A stretch of 33,313 nt of DNA from Puniceicoccales bacterium (GTDB taxonomy: Bacteria; Verrucomicrobiota; Verrucomicrobiia; Opitutales; JAIRKQ01), in NCBI GenBank assembly GCA_031266155.1, contig JAISBO010000056.1, positions 1 through 33,313 on the forward strand. Direction: 5' to 3'. The notes beneath the pieces were generated by a model. That model saw only the letters and a list, made by a program, of their open reading frames with translations. It was not told the origin of the DNA and did no database searches. Positions 18,299 through 27,691 of the stretch are shown here, piece after piece (the stretch's first letter is position 1; every line of letters begins with the position of its first letter). The position numbers were made by a program, and so were the translations under genes.

Positions 18299-18492
18299 AC
18301 ACAAAGGCGTAACCCAGGATCGAGCTTCTGTAATCAGAATATTTCGAGAAACCACTTTCACAGCAGCTATTCGACTTCATTACCGGAAACATTTCCCTTG
18401 ACATAAAAGATATCCCTACAAGATCCTTTTTCGCGTAAAGGATTTTAGGTCGACCTATGAACTTTGCTATCAAGTGCTGAAATTGGAAAATT

Positions 18493-19860
18493 ATGAATAT
18501 CAACATCTGCCAAATAGAATCATTTTTGAATACTATTTCTGGTTTGATTTGGGGGTGGCCGTTGATCATATTTATAATCGGGACCGGCGTTTACTTTTCC
18601 CTTAGACTCGGGTTGTTGAGTTTCTCAAAACTGGGATTGTCTTTGAAATATGCAGTAACAGAGAGCATTCATGGGGGGACAGGTACGGGAAATATTTCAA
18701 TATTTGCATCGCTGTGCACATCTCTATCGGCAACGCTTGGCACGGGAAATATTGTGGGTATAGCGGTCGCCATTGTCGTAGGAGGCCCCGGATCCCTTTT
18801 TTGGCTATGGGTTTCGTCGTTTTTTAGTCTAGCTCTCAAGTATGCGGAGGGTGTCCTGGCGATAAAGTACAGAAAGGTTGAAAAAAATGGAAATGTTTCC
18901 GGTGGACCCATGTATTATATCCGCATGGGGCTAAACAATGCTTTTTTGGCAAAAGTATTCGCATTTTTTGGAATGATGGTTGCTTTAATCGGGATCGGAA
19001 CCATAGCTCAAAGCAATTCCATCATAGTTACCCTATCGTCTTTCGGAACGTCCAGCATAGTTACAACAATCATGCTGGTCATCATTGTCGGAATGGTAAC
19101 CATGGGAGGACTGCGAAGAATATCCACCGTCGCAGAAAAACTTGTACCCCTTATGACCATATTTTATATTGGGGCTGCCATTTTGGTATTAGCGGCAAAT
19201 ATTACTCGCCTTCCTTCCATATTGTATTCCATTGTTTGCAGTGCGTTTTCTCCAAAATCGATTCTGGGAGGAGGAATTGGAATCACCGCCACAATTGCGG
19301 CCAGTGTCGGAGCAAGCCGTGGTATATTTTCCCACGAGGCGGGATTAGGGAGTTCTGCCATAGCGGTTGCGGCTGCAAAAACCAATTCTCCTGGTAGGCA
19401 AGGATTGGCGTCGATGGCAGGGGCTTTCCTCAGTGTGGTCGTTTGTACGATGACCGGCCTAGTCATATTGATTGCAACGGACAGATCTTCCCCATTGGAA
19501 GGAGCAATGCTGACATCGCAGGCTTTTTCCCATGGACTGGGAATGCCAGAAGTTGGAAAGATCATAGTTGGAATTAGCATCATATTATTTGCATTTACGA
19601 CCATTATCGGATGGAATTATTATGGTGAACAATGCGTACAATTCCTCTTTGGCCATAGTGCCATAGTGCCATACAAAATACTATTTATTTTTTTCATTGC
19701 CGTTGGTCCGTTTTTCAGAATTAATGCCATTCTGTCGTTGGCTGATATCGTAACAGGCTGCATGGCCATTCCAAATATCATAGGCCTAATCGGTTTGAGA
19801 AATGCAGTTCTTGATGAAACAAACATATTTTTTTCGAATTCGAAGAAACAGGGTGGATAA
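18493..19860 (+). CDS. Alanine/glycine:cation symporter (AGCS family)
   Basis: The N-terminal LNTISGLIWGWPLIIFIIGTGVYFSLRLGLLSF is the typical AGCS start. About 11 hydrophobic segments, and SHEAGLGSS is a conserved family motif. Confidence 0.85.
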   Translation: MNINICQIESFLNTISGLIWGWPLIIFIIGTGVYFSLRLGLLSFSKLGLSLKYAVTESIHGGTGTGNISIFASLCTSLSATLGTGNIVGIAVAIVVGGPGSLFWLWVSSFFSLALKYAEGVLAIKYRKVEKNGNVSGGPMYYIRMGLNNAFLAKVFAFFGMMVALIGIGTIAQSNSIIVTLSSFGTSSIVTTIMLVIIVGMVTMGGLRRISTVAEKLVPLMTIFYIGAAILVLAANITRLPSILYSIVCSAFSPKSILGGGIGITATIAASVGASRGIFSHEAGLGSSAIAVAAAKTNSPGRQGLASMAGAFLSVVVCTMTGLVILIATDRSSPLEGAMLTSQAFSHGLGMPEVGKIIVGISIILFAFTTIIGWNYYGEQCVQFLFGHSAIVPYKILFIFFIAVGPFFRINAILSLADIVTGCMAIPNIIGLIGLRNAVLDETNIFFSNSKKQGG

Positions 19861-20108
19861 AATATAAACAATGCCCAAACTTCCTGCGTTTTGCTTAAAA
19901 TTTTGACATTAATTGCCACGAAATAATTTTTTTTAAAAAAAACTTGTAAATTCATTAAAAGTAATAATGTTGCCCTTCTAGCGCTAGGGTCAAAGGATCC
20001 CGTGATTTTTGTTGTGTAACGCAGCAATTTGGCGGAGTTTGTGGATAGTTTTCTGCTGCTCGGGCATATGTTTTATGTGCTCCAAAATCATGAAAATGTA
20101 ATAAATTA

Positions 20109-20363
20109 ATGAATAAGGTTGATATAATTTCCGAATTCGGAAAAAATGAAAAAGACACAGGTTCGAGCTGTGTTCAAATAGCTCTTCTGACCCATAGGAT
20201 CAAACATTTAACAGAGCACTTAAAGGTTCATAGGAAAGATTTCCATTCCCGCCGTGGTCTTGTTGCAATGACGAATCGTCGTAGAAAGTTACTAAGCTAT
20301 ATGAAGCTTAATGATTCTGACGGTTATAGGGAAGTAATTCAAAAACTGAATCTGCGCAAGTGA
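20109..20363 (+). CDS. rpsO: 30S ribosomal protein S15
   Basis: [37 protein letters not shown]...RRRKLL.Y is the S15 signature. It lies immediately upstream of pnp, as in most bacteria. Confidence 0.95.
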   Translation: MNKVDIISEFGKNEKDTGSSCVQIALLTHRIKHLTEHLKVHRKDFHSRRGLVAMTNRRRKLLSYMKLNDSDGYREVIQKLNLRK

Positions 20364-20474
20364 TATACAAATAAAATTTTCTGCAATGGAGCAGGTTGTT
20401 GCTAGGAAGCCGATGGCTAAATCTTGGTGCTATCAAAGATAATGAAGAAATAATTAAATATAAGGAAATAATAG

Positions 20475-22793
20475 ATGAATCATAAACATGAAGTAGAGGT
20501 CGATGAGTTTTCGATGAAATTTTCTGCGGGAACATTGGCCAAACAGGCGAATGGGGCGGTATGGGTAACTTCTGGCGAAACCACGATTTTGGTAACTGCA
20601 ACGGCTGCTAACACATTACATCCCAATCAGGATTTTTTCCCACTGTCCGTTGACTATCGTGAGAAATTTTCCGCGGCAGGTCGCATGCCAGGTGGCTACA
20701 ACAAACGAGAAGGTAGACCGTCGGAAAAAGAAATTTTAACGGCCAGGATGTGCGACCGTCCCCTACGGCCACTTTTCCCAAAAGGTTTTTTTAACGAGGT
20801 CCAAGTCATGGGGACCCTCTATTCGACGGATTTAAAGAATGAAGCCGATGTTTTGATGGTAAATGGAGCGTCGGCGGCTTTGATGTGTTCAGACATACCG
20901 TGGAATGGACCGATTGCATGCGTTAGAATTGGGGAAATTGATGGCAAATTTGTCGCAGGTCCGACCAATGAACAGATGTTTTCGTCTACCCTCGATTTGA
21001 TATACGTCGGCAATGAGTTTAACATGATGATGATCGAAGGTAATGCCGATCAGATTCCAGAAGAACGCCTCATCGAGGCCCTAGAATTTGGGCAACAGCA
21101 AATACAACCAATTATCGCTGCCCAAAAAAAGTTAGCCGCACTGGTTGGTAAACCAAAAAAACAGTTTGATTTGATTTTGCCAAAGGAAGAAATCGTCAAA
21201 ATTTGTGCCACCTTCGTTGACAAGCTAAATAATGCGGTGTTTCAAGATGGCAAGCTGAAACGTGACAGTGCAGTTATGGCTATTAAAGAGGAAGCCAAAG
21301 CTGCCATAGTTGAAAAATTAGGGGAAGCGGAATTCTGCGAAATATCCTTTAACATGGCGTTTGAAGAGCTGCAAGAAGAACTATACAGAAGCAATATCCT
21401 CGACAATGGCCGCCGTGTCGATGGCCGTGGGTTAACAGAATTGCGTCCCATTGAATGTGCAACGGATACATTGCCGGTCGTCCATGGTTCCTCCCTATTT
21501 CAGCGGGGGGAAACACAAGCCTTGGTGTCGTTGACACTGGGATGTTCCGATGGTTCCCAAGAAATCGATGCCATCACGGGGGGCGTCCAGTCAAAATCCT
21601 TTTACCTGCACTATAATTTTCCACCATTTTCCGTCGGAGAAACTGGTAGAATCGGGACCGTTGGACGGCGTGAAATTGGCCATGGTGCGTTGGCGGAACG
21701 CTCCCTGTCGCCCATAATTCCATCCGAAGACATTTTCCCCTATTCCATCCGCATAGTTTCTGATATTTTGGAATCCAATGGGTCATCTTCTATGGCAAGT
21801 GTCTGTGGTGGTTGTTTAGCCCTTATGGATGCGGGAATTCCCATTACTGGCACGGTGGCCGGTATTTCCGTCGGACTAGTAACCCGCAACGGTCGGAATG
21901 GAAATATTTCCAAGCATGTGATTTTGACCGATATCATAGGAACCGAAGATCACTTTGGCGACATGGATTTTAAACTTTCCGGGACCAGAAATGGTATTAC
22001 TGGGGTTCAGCTTGACCTAAAAATTCAAGGGTTACCGATCGAAATTGCCAAAGCGGCAATTGCACAGAGTAAAAATGCGAGGATGCAGATCCTGGACATT
22101 ATGGAATCCGTTATTCCTGGCCCACGGGAAAGCCTCAAACCAAATGCTCCAAAAATTCATAGCATGAAAATCGATCCTGATAAAATCGGTGCTTTGATCG
22201 GCCCGGGAGGAAAAAATATCAAACGAATAACGGAAATAACTGGAGCTCAAATCGATATCAATGAGGACAATAGCGGAAAAATTCTAGTATTTGCCCCCAA
22301 CGAAGATGCTTTGGAACGTGCCGTAAAGGAAATTGGTTTGGTCTGTTCTGAAATAGAAGAGGGGCAAGTCTATAGGGGCAAGGTAATGTCAATCAAAGAA
22401 TTTGGGGTGTTTGTCGAATGTTTACCGGGGAAAGAAGGACTTGTCCACGTTTCCGAAATGGCAGATTTTCGAGTAGAAAATCCAGCGGACATTTGCAAAA
22501 TTGGTGATGAAATTATCGTTAAATGTATCGGTGTTGACGACAAAGGCCGCGTCCGATTAAGCCGTCGAGCTGTAATTTGTGAAGCCAAAGGCGTTCCCTA
22601 CGAAATGACCACGCCAAAACCATCCCACGGCGACAAATTTCAACGTTCTTCGGGCGGTCGCCCTAGTAGGAATGGCCGATCCTCCGGAGGTGATCGGGAA
22701 AGACGATTCAGGAAAGATTTCCGAGATGAGGGTGGCAGACGGGGCCCACAGGGCGATAGGAGAGATAACCGTAGCGATAGAAGAGGGAACTAA
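20475..22793 (+). CDS. pnp: Polyribonucleotide nucleotidyltransferase (PNPase) with an Arg/Gly-rich C-terminal tail
   Basis: Two RNase PH domains ([24 protein letters not shown]), a KH domain ([13 protein letters not shown]) and an S1 domain ([16 protein letters not shown]...GLVHVSE), then about 70 extra residues. Confidence 0.97.
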   Translation: MNHKHEVEVDEFSMKFSAGTLAKQANGAVWVTSGETTILVTATAANTLHPNQDFFPLSVDYREKFSAAGRMPGGYNKREGRPSEKEILTARMCDRPLRPLFPKGFFNEVQVMGTLYSTDLKNEADVLMVNGASAALMCSDIPWNGPIACVRIGEIDGKFVAGPTNEQMFSSTLDLIYVGNEFNMMMIEGNADQIPEERLIEALEFGQQQIQPIIAAQKKLAALVGKPKKQFDLILPKEEIVKICATFVDKLNNAVFQDGKLKRDSAVMAIKEEAKAAIVEKLGEAEFCEISFNMAFEELQEELYRSNILDNGRRVDGRGLTELRPIECATDTLPVVHGSSLFQRGETQALVSLTLGCSDGSQEIDAITGGVQSKSFYLHYNFPPFSVGETGRIGTVGRREIGHGALAERSLSPIIPSEDIFPYSIRIVSDILESNGSSSMASVCGGCLALMDAGIPITGTVAGISVGLVTRNGRNGNISKHVILTDIIGTEDHFGDMDFKLSGTRNGITGVQLDLKIQGLPIEIAKAAIAQSKNARMQILDIMESVIPGPRESLKPNAPKIHSMKIDPDKIGALIGPGGKNIKRITEITGAQIDINEDNSGKILVFAPNEDALERAVKEIGLVCSEIEEGQVYRGKVMSIKEFGVFVECLPGKEGLVHVSEMADFRVENPADICKIGDEIIVKCIGVDDKGRVRLSRRAVICEAKGVPYEMTTPKPSHGDKFQRSSGGRPSRNGRSSGGDRERRFRKDFRDEGGRRGPQGDRRDNRSDRRGN

Positions 22794-22852
22794 ATCCCTG
22801 TTTAAAACAAATGCGGTTATCTTCAAAAGTTAGTTAAAGAAGCTTTCGTCCG

Positions 22853-22878
22853 GGAACAGTGTCATATGCCGCTGTTCC
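22853..22878. terminator. Hairpin in the convergent pnp / pyrophosphorylase spacer (9-bp stem including one G-U, 8-nt loop), no U-tract
   Basis: GGAACAGTG-tcatatgc-CGCTGTTCC read directly. It is the only sizeable stem I found in the 208-nt convergent gap. Confidence 0.3.
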
Positions 22879-23001
22879 GACTCTTCCGATGAAAATGGAA
22901 ATGTGCCCTAAGGGGTTTCTCCTCGAACGCCACTTCCAAGTTCTATCTTTAGCCTATTGCAAAGTTGCCACTATGAACTTTGGCAAATGTGACGAAAAGG
23001 G

Positions 23002-24429
23002 TTATTCAATGTATTGATTGGCCATTATTGCTGGTTTATTGGCCAGTTGCTTCCACCTTGCTAGAAAATCATACTTGTTATCTGCAAACATCGGGCTTAT
23101 TTCGATGTCAAAGGGAGGCAATCCATTGGCGTCCGTTGGAATATCCGTTCCTGCGGCCAACAACCAGGCAGTAAAAAGCTTCAATTGATCCTGTAAACAA
23201 GTTTTCAACGAATCCAATCCGTCCATATTTTTTATGGGACTAAAATTGGACAATCTATCGCTTTCCAGGACAATTGCCCTTTCGGCGAAGGGTAAAATAT
23301 CAAATATAAACATTTCTAATTTTAACCCATTGGCTACCTGGGGAATAATAGGCTCACCAAGTGGATTTATGGTCGGGATAATCTTTTGGGCAATGTGGTA
23401 TGGAATTTCAGAGTGAATATCCTTACCATTAAATTGTTTTATAAATTGGACGTCTAGTAGGTGTATGCCCGTGTTGCCTGCACAAAATACAAGATTACCC
23501 GCGGTATCCCGCAGCATGGCTTGTTCTTTTGGCAAATCGGAGTATTCAACAACACGGCTTTTACCATTCCTTTCACAGAAAATTCCAACTTTTTCTTCCG
23601 GATATAATTTACGAACCATCCGGGAAGATACCTGGGATTGGTTTTTTACGTGGGATCCGATGAAATATGGATCGATGCTCCTGGCAAGGGGGTTGTCGAT
23701 CTGAAAATAGCTTATGATTTCGACGCCCAAGTTTTCTAACATCGCCAGCAAACCCGATCGGCCAAGAGCTTTTAAGGCTCCCCCATGCCCGTCTGGGTGC
23801 ATGGCGATTTTGCTCCTCGTTTCCATGATGAATTTTCCATCGTTAGTAATCGCTGGCATATGCCCTTGCTTTACAAAATGAATATTCCCAACCCCAAAGG
23901 AATCATTTTTTCCGAAGAATTCCATGGTCTCATTGTGAGCTCGTTCGCTCGTCATTATTATCCAAGGAATTGGAGTTTCATATTTTCGCTCGGCGGCTTT
24001 TATCTTTTCGGCAAATATTTGAAAGAGCGATTTCTTTTTCAGCGGCGTTGCTTGTATTACACCTTTAGGAACCGTACAAGCTAGGCGTGTTCCTTCTCCT
24101 CCTGCCACCGTAAACGCTGCGACTTTACCAGCCCTTATGGTTTGTTCTCCGATGGCTATGGTCTCTTTACACTTTTGCCAATCGACTTCGGAATTTGGGA
24201 ATTTTATAAACTTGGCAGGAGTTATAGTTGGGGCATGTTTATCGGGTTGAAAGTTTTTATGGAGGACATTGTCTATAATTTGAGATAGATAATCTAAATT
24301 TAGATTTTTGGCCTGTTGCAGCAGCAGCAACTGCTCTTCGGCGGAAAGAATCTCCCAAAACTTGAAAACATGTTCCTGCCCATATTTACAAAACTGTAAT
24401 TTTAACTCTTTGGCTTGTTTATCGGTCAT
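23002..24429 (-). CDS. UDPGP-family (eukaryote-type UAP/AGX-like) UDP-N-acetylhexosamine pyrophosphorylase
   Basis: GQEHVFKFWEILSAEEQ and FTVAGGEGTRLACTVPKG correspond to the GQxHLLxFW and LAGGQGTRLG..PKG motifs of UAP1-type enzymes. 475 aa. It does not have the GlmU architecture. Confidence 0.8.
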   Translation of the reverse strand: MTDKQAKELKLQFCKYGQEHVFKFWEILSAEEQLLLLQQAKNLNLDYLSQIIDNVLHKNFQPDKHAPTITPAKFIKFPNSEVDWQKCKETIAIGEQTIRAGKVAAFTVAGGEGTRLACTVPKGVIQATPLKKKSLFQIFAEKIKAAERKYETPIPWIIMTSERAHNETMEFFGKNDSFGVGNIHFVKQGHMPAITNDGKFIMETRSKIAMHPDGHGGALKALGRSGLLAMLENLGVEIISYFQIDNPLARSIDPYFIGSHVKNQSQVSSRMVRKLYPEEKVGIFCERNGKSRVVEYSDLPKEQAMLRDTAGNLVFCAGNTGIHLLDVQFIKQFNGKDIHSEIPYHIAQKIIPTINPLGEPIIPQVANGLKLEMFIFDILPFAERAIVLESDRLSNFSPIKNMDGLDSLKTCLQDQLKLFTAWLLAAGTDIPTDANGLPPFDIEISPMFADNKYDFLARWKQLANKPAIMANQYIE

Positions 24430-24435
24430 ACCGTT

Positions 24436-24720
24436 TTAATCCTCAAATTTAAAAACTGTTTCCTTATCCTTTGTGTACCCTGTTTTTTGGTGGGTTACCT
24501 GTTCCATAAAATCTTTATCCGTCAGCATTTTTCGCATATGATCCTGTTTCAGAATGAATTGATTTTCCGCAGTTTGTCTTTTTTCAAATAAACCATTTAA
24601 TTTTTTCGAAAGCCGAGCTTCTTCACGCCTCGTATCGACTAGCGACATTATCAATTTGATATTGATAAAAGACAAAATCCCAAGAACAAATATGAGAATA
24701 ACTTTTTGGCCAGTTTTCAT
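24436..24720 (-). CDS. FtsB/DivIC-like septum formation initiator family protein
   Basis: 94 aa with one N-terminal transmembrane helix, a coiled-coil stretch and the C-terminal DKDFMEQVTHQKTGYTKDKETVFKF, which resembles the family motif D.dyIEe.AR..LG..k.gE.vf. The stop is 6 nt before the next gene's start. Confidence 0.55.
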   Translation of the reverse strand: MKTGQKVILIFVLGILSFINIKLIMSLVDTRREEARLSKKLNGLFEKRQTAENQFILKQDHMRKMLTDKDFMEQVTHQKTGYTKDKETVFKFED

Positions 24721-24935
24721 TGCTACATGCTACAAAGTGTAGCCACGGTAAAAAAATATTAAAAAATTAAAAGACAAAAATATCATGGCTGGCGGTAATA
24801 TTCAAGCATATATCGTCTCTTTATGCATTCGTGATAATGGCATTTCCTTTTGCCATGGGCAATGGGAGGTCAATAAAAACCAATTGTCTTGCAAGAAATT
24901 GAACAATTCTATACTCGCACGATGCAAAGACATAC

Positions 24936-26336
24936 ATGGATTTGACCAATCAAACATTTCAGAAATTATCAAATATTGGAGTATGGGAGAAGGCTTTAGA
25001 TATTTGTAAAGAACTTGCCCAGGCCGGTGCCAGACCATATTTTGTGGGTGGGTGTGTTAGAGACGCTATCCGAAGAGAGCAATTTTCAGATTTCGACATA
25101 GAAGTTTTTGGTATGTCGTTGGCTGATATCGAAAGGATCTTGGCATCAAGGTTTGCGGTTGAAAAAACTGGAAAAGCCTTTTGCGTTCTCAAAATTCACG
25201 GCTTACCCATCGATGTTGCCGTCCCGCGTGCCGAAATGAAAATCGGAAACAAACATAGGGATTTTTCCGTTAATTTCCTCGAGAAGTGTGATGTTAAAAC
25301 CGCAGCTAGCCGCCGAGATTTTACCATAAATGCCATATATTTCGATGTTATGGATGAAAAAATTATCGACGAATTTGGAGGATTAAAAGATCTGGAGATG
25401 GGCATATTGCGCCACGTTGGAGAAAAATTTTCCGAGGACTCCCTGAGGGTGCTAAGAGGTATGCATTTCGCAGGAAGGTTCAATCTAAAGGCTGCCGAAG
25501 AAACCCTCTGCCTGTGTAAAAATTTATCCATAGAGGGCCTTTCCAAAGAACGAATTTTTTCGGAGTGGGAAAAATTAATATTATACTCCGAAACACCGTC
25601 TTTGGGCCTACGATTCCTTAAGGATGCGGGTTGGTTAAAATTTTTCCCTCAAATTGAGGCCCTTGATGGGTGCCCCCAGGATGCCGACCAACATGGGGAA
25701 GGGTCCGTATTCGAACATGCATGTATGGCCCTCGATGTGTTTGCCAAAAACAAAATCGGTGACCGGCAAGAAGATCTTATTCTGGGGTTTGCCGCCCTAT
25801 GCCACGATTTGGGAAAGCCCTATGTGGTGACACAGGATGCGAAGGGAATTCACCACTATGGGCACGATGAAGTTGGCGGCCCATATGCGGAAGAATTTTT
25901 AAAGTCTATCAACGCCCCCAATTATTTGATTGAAGCGGTATTACCTCTGGTGAGATGGCATATGGTTCCACGATTTTTATACAGGGATAATAGGACCGAT
26001 TCTGCCATTCTACACCTGGCGAATGACGTGGGACGCATGGATAGGTTGATAAGGTTATGTTACATTGATTACATGGGACGGATAAGTAACGATAAGCCCG
26101 ATGGTGGGTTAATAGATTGGTTGACGGAAACGGCCAAAAAATTTGGAGTATTTACAAGGCAACCTATGCCGATTATTCAAGGCCGCGATTTAATAGAATG
26201 CGGACTGTCTCCATCGGATCAATTTTCTGAAATATTAGGCCGATGTTTTATTGCCCAGCTAAATTGTAAATTTTTAGACCATGCCTCGGGGATTGCGTAC
26301 CTACGAAAAATAATTCAAAAAAGCAACACACTGTGA
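24936..26336 (+). CDS. cca: CCA-adding tRNA nucleotidyltransferase / poly(A) polymerase family enzyme with HD domain
   Basis: The class II nucleotidyltransferase head YFVGGCVRDAIRREQFSDFDIEV and RRDFTINA, followed by an HD-domain motif (LCHDLGKP). Confidence 0.8.
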   Translation: MDLTNQTFQKLSNIGVWEKALDICKELAQAGARPYFVGGCVRDAIRREQFSDFDIEVFGMSLADIERILASRFAVEKTGKAFCVLKIHGLPIDVAVPRAEMKIGNKHRDFSVNFLEKCDVKTAASRRDFTINAIYFDVMDEKIIDEFGGLKDLEMGILRHVGEKFSEDSLRVLRGMHFAGRFNLKAAEETLCLCKNLSIEGLSKERIFSEWEKLILYSETPSLGLRFLKDAGWLKFFPQIEALDGCPQDADQHGEGSVFEHACMALDVFAKNKIGDRQEDLILGFAALCHDLGKPYVVTQDAKGIHHYGHDEVGGPYAEEFLKSINAPNYLIEAVLPLVRWHMVPRFLYRDNRTDSAILHLANDVGRMDRLIRLCYIDYMGRISNDKPDGGLIDWLTETAKKFGVFTRQPMPIIQGRDLIECGLSPSDQFSEILGRCFIAQLNCKFLDHASGIAYLRKIIQKSNTL

Positions 26337-27193
26337 AAGATTCGAAAAAATTTTCAGAAAATTGTTTGCCCGTTGCCAATAAACGACGCAATATTTCTAG
26401 CTATTACCTGCCGTTAGTTTTCATCGTTGCGTTGATGTGGCTTGTTCCTGCATCGTTCCGAAACAATGTTAAAGCTGCTTTTGCCTATACCCAAGTTCCG
26501 ATCTATGCAGCATCCGTTCGGCTAGAAAATTTGCGAAGTGCTTTTTACAAAGGGGCTCTTTCGAAGAGGTCCCTAGTTGCCTTTTGTGAAAATCTGATGC
26601 GGGAAAACGTGGCTTTACAGTTAAAAGTCGCCACACTGGCGGAGAACATTCCCGACATTTCCGAATCCGAACAGGGATATCGCATTGGAAATTTTATGGC
26701 GAAACCGGCCAGGGTAATTCGCAGGGATATTGCTTCCTGGACCAACGAATTAATCGTCGATGTTGGAACGGACCATGGAGTCGCCGAAGGGATGGGTGTA
26801 ATTTCTCAAAATTATGTGGTAGGCCGCATAAAGTCGGTGCATGCCAAAACCTCCGTCGTCGAACTAATTTCATCTCCGCAATTCAGAATGGTGGTCCATG
26901 CAAGGGAAGATGTTTCCAGGTCTCCCATAGTATTTTCAGGGAACGGACATAATCTTTTCAGCCAGGCTACCGGAATTGCAACGAATATTCCAACGGAAAT
27001 TGTGTCAGATGGAGAACCAATAGGCCTCATCACATCGGAACTATCCGGAGTATTTCCAAAAAATATTTCGGTGGGGTTGATAAAACCTCCGGAAGAACAT
27101 GGAAACAGTTTCTTTTCGTCAAATGTTACCCTGAACAATGATCTACTATCAAAACTATATGAAGTTGCGGTACTGGTAAATATAGGAGATTAA
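26333..27193 (+). CDS. mreC: Rod shape-determining protein MreC
   Basis: N-terminal transmembrane segment, a coiled-coil LxxENxxL stretch, then GMGVISQNYVVGRIKSVHAKTSVVELISSPQF..V, typical of the MreC beta-barrel domains. The GTG start overlaps the cca stop (GTGA). Confidence 0.8.
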   Translation: MKDSKKFSENCLPVANKRRNISSYYLPLVFIVALMWLVPASFRNNVKAAFAYTQVPIYAASVRLENLRSAFYKGALSKRSLVAFCENLMRENVALQLKVATLAENIPDISESEQGYRIGNFMAKPARVIRRDIASWTNELIVDVGTDHGVAEGMGVISQNYVVGRIKSVHAKTSVVELISSPQFRMVVHAREDVSRSPIVFSGNGHNLFSQATGIATNIPTEIVSDGEPIGLITSELSGVFPKNISVGLIKPPEEHGNSFFSSNVTLNNDLLSKLYEVAVLVNIGD

Positions 27194-27195
27194 AA

Positions 27196-27690
27196 ATGAT
27201 ATCTTTCCTGCTTGCCATTGTCTACTATGGTGTATTGTTTTTGTGCCAACTTTTCAATGGTACCGCACTGATTCTCGGTGTCCTAATTGTTCCCATTGGA
27301 TTATTTGTTCATGGCCCCGCCACATACCTAGATTCTATTCGGGCTACGATTCTATACTGTTTGATTGGCCCTATCCTCGATGTAACATTCCCTTTTTTAC
27401 CATTTGGGTTTAGTGCGGTCTTTTGCATATTTTTTTACTGCATGCAAAGGGCTATATTCACTCCGGGATATCCCATATTATCCTCCCATCGAATCGGCTT
27501 TGAGCAGGTGGCTAACATTTCATATATCCTATCCCTATTCATTTTTCGAAATACACCATTCGGCATATTTCAATTTCTGCTAACGGCGGGTATTTCGCAA
27601 ATCTGTGTATTTTTGCTATCTGACGGAATGGCTCTTTGCCATAGAAAACTCATGTTTATCTACGATAATTACATAAAATACCAACGATAA
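27196..27690 (+). CDS. Polytopic membrane protein, putative MreD (assigned by position)
   Basis: 164 aa with about 5 hydrophobic segments. It starts 2 nt after the mreC stop with a GGAGA Shine-Dalgarno sequence. Size and position fit MreD, but I see no diagnostic motif. Confidence 0.4.
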   Translation: MISFLLAIVYYGVLFLCQLFNGTALILGVLIVPIGLFVHGPATYLDSIRATILYCLIGPILDVTFPFLPFGFSAVFCIFFYCMQRAIFTPGYPILSSHRIGFEQVANISYILSLFIFRNTPFGIFQFLLTAGISQICVFLLSDGMALCHRKLMFIYDNYIKYQR

Positions 27691-27691
27691 T

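Noticed and set aside
18299-18492. Possible glycine or amino-acid riboswitch upstream of the alanine/glycine symporter.
   Set aside because: I could not find the conserved glycine-riboswitch core elements. I found only a weak AT-rich hairpin (ATCCTTT-ttcgcgt-AAAGGAT, 18423-18443). An Infernal/Rfam scan would be the decisive test.
19164-19604. Long antisense or overlapping ORFs inside well-supported genes. Examples: 19164-19604(-) in the symporter, 15362-15763(-) in bioW, 11231-11635(+) in leuS, 7954-8406(+) across tmk and the kinase, 561-860(+) and 679-990(-) across yraN/hup, and 2761-3123(+) and 3337-3669(+) in the kinase-like gene.
   Set aside because: Each is fully shadowed by a gene with strong family motifs on the other strand or frame. 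Their translations are low-complexity or Cys/Arg/Ser-rich with no recognisable motifs or start signals. They are typical chance ORFs.
19653-19673. 8-nt tandem repeat CCATAGTG x2.6 inside the symporter gene, considered as a slippage or phase-variation site.
   Set aside because: There are only two full units, the reading frame is intact as it stands, and the repeat encodes an ordinary transmembrane segment (HSAIVPY). It is too short to argue for programmed variation.
19833-20143. Two GAATTC-centred perfect palindromes bracketing the rpsO leader: TTCGAATTCGAA (19833-19844) and TTTCCGAATTCGGAAA (20128-20143).
   Set aside because: Both lie inside coding sequence (the symporter 3' end and the rpsO 5' end). 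They are short and share only the 8-nt core CGAATTCG. I have no evidence for function, and chance occurrence is plausible.
20364-20474. rpsO-pnp intergenic region, examined for the long RNase III-type hairpin that autoregulates pnp in enterobacteria.
   Set aside because: I found only a 4-bp stem (AGCC-gat-GGCT). Nothing is comparable to the enterobacterial structure, so no regulatory element is claimed.
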